DNA from: Octopus sinensis
Lineage: Eukaryota
Direction of reading: 5' to 3'
Length of the DNA: 64,000 nucleotides
Assembly: GCF_006345805.1 (NCBI RefSeq)
Contig: NC_043000.1
Coordinates: 80,724,001 to 80,788,000 of the forward strand
Below, in pieces: positions 52,521-64,000 of this stretch; the stretch's first letter is position 1, and every line of letters begins with the position of its first letter. The translations under genes were made by a program, and so were the position numbers. Below the pieces are notes generated by a model that saw nothing but the letters and a program-made list of their open reading frames with translations, was not told where the DNA came from and ran no database searches.

Positions 52521-54492
52521 GACCTAAGAGCTCCACATCAGCTCCTTTGCTTTCCAAGGAGTCTTCCACTCTGTTTACTAAATCAACAGAAATCACAAGT
52601 CGCTGGATCGAACACTTCTCTGAACTCCTAAACCATGAGTCAGTTGTGGATGAAACAGTGATTGATACTATGAAACAAAGACCTATCATTGACTCCTTAG
52701 ACTCCTCGCCATCAATACATGAAGTAATGACATCAATAAGTAAATTGAATCTTGGTAGGGCACCTGGAAAGGATGGAATTTGTGCCGAGGTTTTGCAATT
52801 TGGTGGTAAATGAACTTATTAGTGCAGTCTGGAGGGATGGTGCAATCCCTAAGGACTGGAAGGATGCAATTATTCTTCCTCTATATAAAGGAAAAGGAGT
52901 CAGAACAATGTGTGGTAACTACAGAGGTATTGCTCTGCTGGCAAGGTTCTGGCAAATATTCTTCTTACCCGTCTGAATGGGTGTCTCGTAAATGATGTCC
53001 TATCTGAATCTCAATGTGGCTTCCGATCTGGTAGAGGGACAATGGATATGATTTTCACAGCAAGACAGATGCAGGAGAAGTACTATGAGTAGAATATGGA
53101 TCTTGTCCAGCTATTCATTGATTTAACTAAGGCCTTTGATACTGTAAATAGGGCCTTTCTATGGAAAATACTTGGCAAACTTGGATGTCCGGATCTTTTT
53201 GTATCTATAATTAAATCATTTCATGATGGGATGGAGGCTTGGGTCAATGTTGGTGGTGCCATGGCGGGACCCATTCCTGTAGAGAATGGTGTCAAGCAGG
53301 GTGACATCCTTGCCCCAACTCTCTTTTCTTTGTACTTTGCTGCTGCTTTTACTCATGCTTTTGCTAAGGTTAGCTCTCTGGGAATATATGTCAGATATCG
53401 ATCTTCTGGCCGCCTCTTTAATCTTCGCCGATTTGCTGCCAGTCTATTTGCTGCCAGTCTATTTGCTGCCAGTCTATTATTCGTGACCTCCTTTATGCAG
53501 ATGACTGTGACTTAGTCACTCATACAGTGGATGACATGCAAATACTCATGAATTGCATTTCTGCTTCTTGCAGGGCATTTGGACTCAGCATTAGCCTGGT
53601 CAAGACTGTTGTAATGTTCCAGCCTGCACCAGGAAATCCATATATAGAACCAGCTATCTTATTTGAAGGTAGTAGACAAGTTTGTCTACCTGGGCAGCAC
53701 ACTCAGCCGTTCTTGCTCTCTGGATGAGGAAATATCTTTCAGATTGCAGAGAGCAACTAATTCCTTCCGGTCTCTTCAGTCTCGTGTCTGGTCCCAACAT
53801 GGCATCGCAAGGAGAACAAAAGTTGCTGTGTACCGTGCTTGTGTACTGACATCGCTTCTCTACTCATGTGAGACATGGACTCTGTACAAACGTCAAGTAA
53901 GGGTCCTTGAACGTTTTCATCAGAGATGTCTCAGACACATTCTCAATGTTGGCTGGACCTCAAAAATTCCAGACACACAGATCCTGAGGACAGCTGATAT
54001 CTTGAGTATTGAGGCGATGGTACACAAGCACCGGTTGCGTTGGACTGGACACCTTATTAGAATGGAGGATAGAAGGATTCTATGGAGAACTTGTGAATGG
54101 AAGGAGACTCCGGCAGAAACCAAGGCTACAATTTAAGGACTGTGTCAAGTCCTCGTTAAAGGCTTTTGATATACAGGACACTGACTGGTAGAACAATGCC
54201 TGTCATCGCCACAGATGGAGGAAGCAGGTTAAGGAGGGGATCGACACTTTTGAGAGAGCACGTATCCAGCATGAAGAACTTAAGCGAGCTGCGCGAAAGC
54301 GCACGGCTCGTATAGTGAATGGGGAAAGCTTGGTCTGCAATGTTTGCAGTCGTGTATGCTTGTCAAGAGCAGGGCTCATTAGCCACCAACGGAGCCGCAA
54401 ATGCAAAACATAAGTTAGTCCTAGAGCGCACAATGTTCCTGAAGGTCGGCAATGGTCTTCCTCGGTCACGAGTGGACGGCCATCATCATCAT
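52521..54492 (+). mobile_element. RTE-clade LINE, 5'-truncated, frameshifted
   Basis: RAPGKDGI, YRGIALL, QCGFRSGRGT, FIDLTKAFDTVNR, GVKQGDILAPTLF, LLYADD, FVYLGS, LYSCETWTLY, RLRWTGHL, terminal C2H2-like CNVCSRVCLSRAGLISH, tail (cat)n. Confidence 0.93.
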
Positions 54493-54516
54493 GTATGTAT
54501 ATATATATATATATAT

Positions 54517-54592
<76 letters not shown>

Positions 54593-54718
54593 TCAAAAGA
54601 TATTCGTTTATTTCTTTGTCACTTCATTTTCTTATTACTGCTCTGCACTCGACTAGCGCTTCGTTCAGGAACATACGTATATTGAATTCTACCAAGTTAT
54701 TTGTATCGCGAGTCAGCA

Positions 54719-54754
<36 letters not shown>

Positions 54755-55627
54755 AAACTAAATATTTATTCATAGAGGCACATACTTGTAACTTGTGACT
54801 CTTGATCGTCAGATTGTGGTTTCCATTACTGGACCGGGTGATGCGTTGTGTTCTTGAGCAAAATTCTTTATTTCACGTTGCTCCAGACCATTCAAAATGA
54901 GTTAATCCTACGATGACCCGGTTTCACGTCCAAAGAAAGGCGATTTATATGCTACGGAACTCAGGACACCGACCTCATGACCCTATGGTTCATGACCCTA
55001 TGGTTTGCTTTTCTTGCATTTTGTAATATACACGTGGTCGTGTATATTACAAAAATGCAAGGAAAATTCATTATGGAATATAAAAGAGATGTGAATACAT
55101 TGTTATTCTCTTCGTATACAGAAATATTATATATATATATATATATATTGGGAAGTGTTGTAACATGTTGCAGGATTCATTGTTCCCTCATCGGAAGATA
55201 AGTGCCTCATTCTTCTGTCAATAATAACAGATGGTTGCACGAACTTCTGAAGATAACAGCCAAACTTCAATCATCGTTGACCTGAAACTAAACAGCAATG
55301 ACGACGGATCTTCTGTTATCATTCGGTCTGCCAGAAATAGCAGCTTGCAATCCTTAGGGCATTAAAGCCGAAATTGTCCTGTTTTGGACAGCTTTTCATC
55401 ATAGGACTGTTTGTTTATAGTTGAGCCAGAGCTAACTAACAATGACGTGGTCGCTTGACATGCTAGAAACCACAGCTGCATCTCTTTAATATCACGCCCT
55501 CCAGTTTTAAAAAAGTCGAAAACAAGTTTGAAGACCATGGATTGGTCATGCCTGCAACGCCTTTGATCATACGTCTGATTTGAGGCTAAACAGCAACACT
55601 TACAAACAAACAAAAAGCCTTCCATGT

Positions 55628-55775
55628 CAGTCCTGGGCAAATTGCGGCCCGTGGGACTTTCTGAAGACATGCCGAACAAAAAATTTCCTTGAATTTTTTT
55701 TTTTTAGTTGTGCGACTCGACTAATGAAAAGCTGTCTCATGCGGCCCGTTTCTCGAAATAGGTTGCTCATGCCTG
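55628..55775. mobile_element. Possible hAT (Charlie-like) MITE
   Basis: Imperfect TIRs cagtcctgggcaa / ttgctcatgcctg, with subterminal gcggcccg at both ends; 8-bp TSD not matched. Confidence 0.45.
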
Positions 55776-56074
55776 CTCTGTGTAATTGTTCGACATGCTA
55801 GAAACAACAGCTAAATCACACCCTGCTGTCTAAAGAACATACATTGGATAACGTGGACCTGTGCGCGCGCGCGTGTGAGTGTGCGTATGAAGACTTGATG
55901 GTCATGGATGGATTCTCTTTGACGAAAGGTTAACTCGTTTAGAGTTGATTGGGATTAAACAACGGCAACCACAATAATACCATTAATGTCACCACCACCA
56001 CCACAACTATTGCTAAACCACTACACCACCAGAAGATCATCACAACAATTAGGGTAGGTAAGATGATTTTTTTT

Positions 56075-56503
56075 CTACATGGATATGTATGTGTGTGTGT
56101 ATGTGTGTATATATATGTACGTATGTATGTATATATGTGTGTATTTGTATATATATATATATATATACATTAATACACATGTGTATACGTACACGCACAC
56201 ACACATTTAATATACATATAATCTTTTCCTTTAACCTGTATTTTAACACACATATTACTACATACACATACATGTACACATGCATGTATACATATGTGAG
56301 TGTGTATTTGTATCTCTCTCTCTCTCTCCCTCTTTCTCTCTCTCCCTATATATATATATATAATCTGTGATCTGTCCTACCCCTTGTATTTTAATAAGTA
56401 TCACTACATACACACTCGTACACATATACATGTTCACATGTATATATGTATATACATAGATACGCATACATATACATACATACATACATACATATAAATA
56501 CAG

Positions 56504-56534
<31 letters not shown>

Positions 56535-56567
56535 TATACATACATACATATATATATATATACATAC

Positions 56568-56626
<59 letters not shown>

Positions 56627-56729
56627 CATACACACACATATATATATATATATATACATACATACACACATATATATATATATATATATACATACATATA
56701 TATATATTTATAATATATATACATACATA

Positions 56730-56760
<31 letters not shown>

Positions 56761-56975
56761 ACATATATATATATTTATATATATACATACATACATATAT
56801 AATATATATACATAACATACATATATATATATATATATATATATCATATATATATATATATATATAATATATATATATATATATAATGCACGCACATAAG
56901 CATACATATACATACACACGCATATATGCATCCACACTGATACCAATAGACATACATATTATATACATATATCAC
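56075..56975. repeat. Very long (TA)n/(TACA)n compound microsatellite
   Basis: Directly visible. Confidence 0.95.
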
Positions 56976-57647
56976 TACTCCAATGCTAGTATTTAGTGTA
57001 ACTAAATTTCCTCTCTTCGTTCTCTTTTTCTGCTTTTTTTTATCGTCTTTTCTTCCACTTTCTGTTACTTCTCCCCCTCATCGTCGTCGTCATCATCATC
57101 ATCATCATCATCACACCCGCCGCCACTGTCGTCGTCATAGTGGCCGCTATTTATCATCTGTGTGATTACGCTTGGAAATGTTTTACCGCTTGGTGCTCAA
57201 GGAACCCTTAGGATTTTACCACGCTGTCGTCTGCATATGTATATATATAAACTGACCCTCACACATACGTACACGCATACAAACACACACACACATACAT
57301 ACATACATACTTACAAACACATACATACATGTAAACAAACACATATTCACACGTTTAGGAAATCACACACACGCAAACACATGTATGTATATATTACAGT
57401 ATATAAAAAATATAGTGTAATATATGAAACGTATTTAGATAACACACATACATAACACTACATACATACATATATATATCCACTACATAAAGACATTCAA
57501 ACTAGAAGAGGGTATTTCTACATTCAACGTACAACGATTGTTGTTGCTGTTTTTTCTTCTCTCTATCTTCCCCCTCTCTCTGTTTGTGTATCTTTCTCTC
57601 TTTCTCCTCTCTTCCTCACCGTCTTCCCCCCTCCGGTTTGTTAACAG

Positions 57648-57859
57648 AAACGAACGGTTGCGACCAAGTGGATCGTTGTTTCCAGGGATGACATGCATGG
57701 TAATGTTAATAAATCCAGTTTATCCTCCACTGGTCTAGCACCAGTGCCGGTGCCAGCCACTGCCATAATTACCAAGAGCTCCCATCACAATCCTTTAAAC
57801 TCACAGCGCCGACTCATCAAAACTATGGTGTCCGGATGGGTAGCCTCCATGGACAAACG
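57648..57859 (+). CDS. Candidate internal coding exon (212 nt), product unknown
   Basis: Long polypyrimidine tract plus ttaacAG acceptor, CG|GTAAGA donor, unique GC-richer sequence, phase-0 frame open throughout: KRTVATKWIVVSRDDMHGNVNKSSLSSTGLAPVPVPATAIITKSSHHNPLNSQRRLIKTMVSGWVASMDK(R). Confidence 0.45.
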
Positions 57860-58005
57860 GTAAGACCAAAACATTTATTCCACTTTTTAATCACCTACCA
57901 CGTCCATCTCTTTCTCTCACCAATATTCTATTTCTCCCTCCCCCTCTCTTTTTATTATTGTTCGTATCTGTCTCTATACCTTCTCCCTCTTCGTTTTTCT
58001 TTCAT

Positions 58006-58037
<32 letters not shown>

Positions 58038-58431
58038 ATTATTTGTGTGTATGTACGATTACATGCTCCACACACATACTTTCACACACATACATATACA
58101 TGTATATTTACATACTCGGATTCACTCATGCATATCTAAATCGTTCACACATAGATGCACATACCTATTCTGTGCGGAAGCATGTAATAAACGTGTGTAG
58201 ATACATACACACTAACATAACACACAGTGTGCTCCAGCATGGCTTTAGATGTTATGTCTAGACAAAATTAAAAAAAAAACATTTGTATGCCAATACACAC
58301 ACACACACTAAACACGTCGTGATATGAATGATGCGTGCACACCCACGCATCATGCACATATGTGATACATGCATGCACATACACCATGCACACACACACA
58401 CATACACATAATCTGTGAGAGCATGTATACA

Positions 58432-58512
<81 letters not shown>

Positions 58513-59297
58513 GTCTGTCTGCCTGTCTGTGAGAGTATGTGTGTGTGTGTGTGTGTGTAATCTGTTTGAGCATTTATACATACCTGTCTACACACGCAAA
58601 CACACACACATACTTAACCATAAAATGTGTATACGACTTTCTCTATTTCATCTCTTTATCCGTCTCTTTCTCTCTTTCTCCCCCTCTCTCTGCATGTGCG
58701 TATACACCTACACATGCGCGCGCTAAAGTTTCGCTACCTTTTACAATTTTAATTCTATATTCTTAATATCATAGATCTCTTTCACTAATATTTTTTTTGT
58801 CCCTGAAAGCACAGCGAACTGGCAGAGGCGATAGAGCAACAGATTAGATGCTTCTATTGATCATTCTGTTCTTTACGTTGTGAGTTCAAATCATGCACTC
58901 TCGTCTACCTTTCAACTTAGAATAACATTAACTGATGTGGACGTGTAGTTATATATGTGTGTCTGACGCACGTACAGACACATGCTCTGTTCGTTGTGAC
59001 ACACCCACACAGTTACCTGGAACTGTCTCCCAGGAATTCAACACAGTTCTCTTACCAACATATATTTGCACAATTTATTGTCTTGTGTGACACTTGAATA
59101 ATTATCTATTTTATCGATGATTAAATCAAATGTTTATATATATATATGAAAAAATATTAATGGTATACTCAGCGTTAACATGTTTGTTTGAATCGATTGT
59201 TGCTGTTCTCTGTGGTATTGTTTATACGTGTGTGTATTTGAATGTGAGAGTGTATACATGTATGGTGCACAATTGTGTGTCTGTGTATGTATGTATG

Positions 59298-59334
<37 letters not shown>

Positions 59335-60565
59335 GTTAATTCCTTTGTTTTATGTAGATATCTAAGTTATGAGTATACGAAAGTACACACACATACTTGT
59401 GAGTGTGCATTTATATGTATGTACTGATACACGCACACATAATCGCTTGCTCGCGCGCATTTGAAAAGATATAAAAAAATTCTTGAATCTTCTTTTCACA
59501 TTTCATAATAGGACTTTATTATGAATTGTGAAAAAGTTTCGTCGCACTACGGTGGCCTGGTCATTGACACAGTTTCACAGCATCTTTTGTGGAATGCAGC
59601 AAAATTGTGTCTCATTTCATCCACCACCGCCCGTAGTCACGCCGCATCTCACCTTTACGCTCTTTCTCTACCTATCGTGTTTAAAGCAGTATTTAATTAA
59701 TCAGAATACACGCTCATGCACGCATGCACATCTACACCTCCACACACCCCTCCACTCATCACATGTTTACTCTATTTCTTTAGATTTAATCGCCGTGTTT
59801 AGAGCAGTGTTTTGTCAAACAGAATCCACCCGTTTATTAATCACATGTTGACACGATTTCCCTACATCTACCCCCCACCACTTCATGTCGCTGTACTTGT
59901 CGTCGTAACATACTATTGTCATGTTCGATAAATTTTTTGTATTTCCTTTTGCTTTTTATAAACCACATGTTACCTCTGACCACGCAGATTTAGTTATCAT
60001 CAAAAGCATTCCAACCGTGGCCACTCCGTATTTTTTTCCAATGCGCAAAGAATCCACAACTGCATATCCAACGTGACATTTTCTACAGTTGTTGAGATGG
60101 TGATTTGACTGCTATTTCTACCAAGCCGTGCGTGTTATTGTTGTTACTTAGCCCCAGGACTGCCCTAATCCGGTAGTCTTTCGATCAAAGAGTTTCTAGC
60201 TCTCACAGCATAAGAGTTGGCTACTATTTCTAGTAAGCCAAACAATTATATAGAGACTCCCTGATTGGCTGGTCATTTTGGGGTGGGGTTTAAATCTGTG
60301 ATGCTTAGCTTAGTTACCATGACAACAGTGCGAATCATTTAGCAATGTCGTTTACCTGTGGTGTTTAGCTCACCTGCGACGCTTAGCTTTGAGAACATGT
60401 GCTCCAGCTGTCAGCTACTGTTTGTCTGTCTGTGTGTTCACATACACACACATCTATCTGCCAGCTGAAATTGGTACTGGTGATACTCAAGAGCCTAATG
60501 TTTCGTTTTAACATACTTGTCAAACTTTGTAATGTTTTGACACGAAGCTATTGACAATAAATCAT

Positions 60566-60600
<35 letters not shown>

Positions 60601-61389
60601 CTCTCTCTCTCTCTCTTGTATTACACACGCTTGCACCGAAATGTTTTTGTGTGTGTGGTATATGTCGTTTTCGATGTAGGGAAAGTAAGCAAACGGGAAA
60701 AGAACTAAAAAAAGAATCAGTTTCAGTTATTGGTTCTTTTTCGTTCACCCTCATTTTGCCTGTCTTCTCTCTCACTCTCTTTCCTTCTCTTTATTATACG
60801 CGCTACGTACATATGTGAGTGGGTGTTTGTGTGCATGCCTACATACCTGTACGCGTGTTTGTTTGTGCACTTGTATGTGTGCATGCGAGTAAGAATGTGC
60901 TGGCTGTAATGCTATTTACATATACCACCACCACATGAACTGACAGACTATTACATTGCACACGCGCACAAATATACACACAGACGGGTAAGATACGCTC
61001 TGATGGGTGCAAGCATTCAGACGTGTGAACGTCACATAATGAGAGCTGCATACATGCGCATTCTGACACACACACACACACATTTATGTACATTGATGCG
61101 CGCGCAGTGAATTATTGCGGTGCAATCAGGCAGACGTGTCCACAAGTACGCGCACAAAGACACATGCATACGACTGCTGATACGTGCACAACACGAGCAT
61201 ACTCTGCATTACAGATAGACGCAGACACACACAAGTATTCGCGCGCGCGAACATGCATACGCATACACTAATACACACACCTGGTTGCTTTCCCTTGCAT
61301 CTTTCCACTTGATAGCTTCACTCTTTTCTTTCTGCCTATCTCTGTATCTGTGTCTACCCTTCTATATATTTTCATGTCTATCTTTCAAT

Positions 61390-61420
<31 letters not shown>

Positions 61421-61549
61421 TACACGGATATGTGTGTGCATGTGAATGTATATATAATTTTACATCCGCTTTCCGTAATGGCATGATTGGACAGTTCGTC
61501 ACAGTTTGAGTCAATATATGTAATAAATATACAAATATTTGTCTGTCTG

Positions 61550-61705
<156 letters not shown>

Positions 61706-62652
61706 TCTATACGCACATGTGCGTATGCGCGCGCGTGTTTGTATGTATGAGACAATTATTGCATTTATGAGAGTCTATATATTTCTGTATGATAGTTTCA
61801 AAATGTGTGTATGTGTGTGTGAAACAGTTGTCACTGTATGCAAGTGAGAAACTGTTTCTGCAAATAAGTCTTTTTATATGTATATATGTGTATGTATGTG
61901 TGGAATAATTATGCAAAGCGAGGAGATGGTAGGAAGAGATAAGATCGCTATATCAGGGTAAACCAGGCTGAAGATGGTCTATTGAAGTTGTTATTTAGCT
62001 CCAGCTCATATCTGATGAAGTACACCTATAATAAAAGACTGTCCAACCATGAACATTCCATCTTTTGGTGATATTCAGGTGTACATTGTCTAGTATATCG
62101 TTTTTTAATTATTTTTTTATAAGGAGGATAAAAGTGGTTGGGATAGTTTGGCTACTATTTCTCACAGTTTAAGTAAGCATGTAAACACTCCCTCATTGGC
62201 ATTGTGCCAATAGAATAGATTTAAAAGATAGCAATATCAAGGTGATAGTTGACAGTTCCTGCTCCTAATATTAACCCCATTAACCTTCAATTATGAGATA
62301 TCTAATGACATCTACTTGGTATTATCTAAATAGCTGAGATTAATTATTGTTAATAAGTTGATCATTTTTGCAGACAAAGTAACTGTTTTCAGAAGATGAA
62401 TTTGGCTCTATGATAAGAAGTTTGCTATCAAACCTCATGGTTTCAGGTTCAGCCCCACTGCATGGTAGCTTGGACAAGCATCATCTACTGTGGCCTTGAG
62501 CTGCCCAAAGCATTGTGGATGGATTGGGTAGAATGAAATTGAAAGAAGAGAAGATTGATATATATATGTATATATATGTTTGTGTGTGTACATATATATA
62601 TATAACTCTTTTATTCATTTAGCCATGCAGCTGCGGTCATGCTGGAGCACCA

Positions 62653-62682
<30 letters not shown>

Positions 62683-62688
<6 letters not shown>

Positions 62689-62918
62689 GAAAATGAGATG
62701 ACAAAGAAATAAACTATTGTCTTATGAACTTCATTAGCTTACAGCTGTTTCTGTTATAAAATGCAGTGGACTCACTTCATATTCAAGGGTATAATGAAAA
62801 TACAAGGTGTGCACCAGTACTCACCTATGAGTCCACTACATCTTATAGCCGAAACAGGTGTAAGTTAATGAAGTTCATAAGATAATTATTTATTCATTTG
62901 TCATCTTATTTTCTTATA
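62683..62918. repeat. Imperfect inverted repeat, arms about 90 bp (Penelope pLTR-like or MITE)
   Basis: ataagaaaatgagatgacaaa...tcttatgaacttcatt...gtggactca pairs with tgagtccac...aatgaagttcataaga...tttgtcatcttattttcttat; contains gccgaaacag.tgtaag. Confidence 0.8.
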
Positions 62919-63032
62919 CTTGACTAATGCTTTGTTCTGAAGCATATGTATACTGAGTTTTACACCAGATTATTAGTCTTGCAATGCCTGAGTAAAATGT
63001 CAAATGCTATACATATAAATATAATGTGTATG

Positions 63033-63063
<31 letters not shown>

Positions 63064-63074
63064 TACTGCCCCCT

Positions 63075-63285
63075 TGCCTTGACATCACATGATAGTTGTA
63101 AAACAAGTGTTATCATGATGCCAAGGTTGTTCACTCTTTTGTGGAATGTCCAGGCATAGCGAAATCATACCTTACCTGGAGACAAGAAGGGCATCTGGCT
63201 AAAGAAAATCTGCTAGAACCAAATTCCATCTGAACATGCAAAAGTGGATTTAAACTGATGATGATGGTGATGATAAATATGTCTC
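63075..63285 (+). mobile_element. Short repeat of the (GAT)n-tailed RTE-tail family
   Basis: cttgacatcacatgatagttgtaaa head as at 4600 and 5010; aagaagggcatc motif; tail tgatgatgatg. Confidence 0.65.
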
Positions 63286-63297
63286 ATGAGAAGGTGA

Positions 63298-63330
<33 letters not shown>

Positions 63331-64000
63331 ATTGCCAATCCTCGTAAGATGTCTTATTCTTTGATGCATTCTAAATTCAAATCCCACTGAGATCAAGTTC
63401 ACCTGTCAGCCTTCTTGTAGTAGTAGTGAACTGATGGAATCCTTAGACCATAGGATGAGATGCCTTGCATACTTGTTCCATTCTTTGTGTTCTATATTCA
63501 AATCCCACCATGAGCTAAATGGTCGGAATCTTGCTCCGTCAGCCAGCAGCTTAACAATCTTGTCTGGTTGGACCAGGTTTGTGGTTTGAAGATACCTTCC
63601 TCCCCTTCACCAGCCTTGGAGGCACTAAAAAGGATTAAAACCACTATTCTTTTTCCCTTCATACTAAGCAATAACAAAACATATCTCTGTAGACACTTTG
63701 TTGTTGATGTTGTTTAATGCCAGATTAGTCCTGATCAAACAGACCTACAATCAAAGATGTTCTATTTGAGACCACCCCATCTGGTTTTCATACATTGCAT
63801 ATCTTGGACTATGTTATTCAGTATTTCCTATCTATTTTAAAATGAAAATGTGCTGTTTTCCTGGATCCCATAACTGTTGCCATCCAATTCAGTTTTCATA
63901 GATTTGAATTGGGAGCTTGAGTCATAATCTTTCATTAGGGGACACCAACTCGATAGATGCATTGCAGTTACTCTCTTGATAGAGGTTGGAGATCCTGACC

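Overview
Repeat-dominated, AT-rich eukaryotic (animal) genomic DNA, not prokaryotic. The very high microsatellite load ((TA)n, (CA)n, (GATA)n, (TATG)n) and the SINE repertoire resemble an octopod cephalopod genome (inference, not confirmed). Most ORFs in the supplied track are microsatellite read-throughs. Recognisable content: two CR1/L2-group LINEs, several RTE LINE pieces, a young 5'-truncated L1/Tx1-clade LINE with a 15-bp TSD, the 3' end of an RLE (R2/R4-type) retrotransposon, a decayed Ty3/Gypsy, a probable solo LTR, two mariner/Tc1 elements plus a mariner MITE, hAT transposase remnants, several palindromic MITE-like elements, many SINEs and Penelope-type pLTR fragments with hammerhead ribozyme motifs. 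No complete host gene, tRNA, rRNA or CRISPR is supported; one good candidate exon lies at 57648-57859. Best observations: (1) an intact type I hammerhead whose nearby inverted partial copy ends at the predicted cleavage site; (2) a reciprocal ~1.15-kb inversion with ATG microhomology that splits both a mariner and an RTE element; (3) three LINE clades each sharing a 3' tail with a different short-repeat family; (4) a double perfect fold-back inside one SINE.
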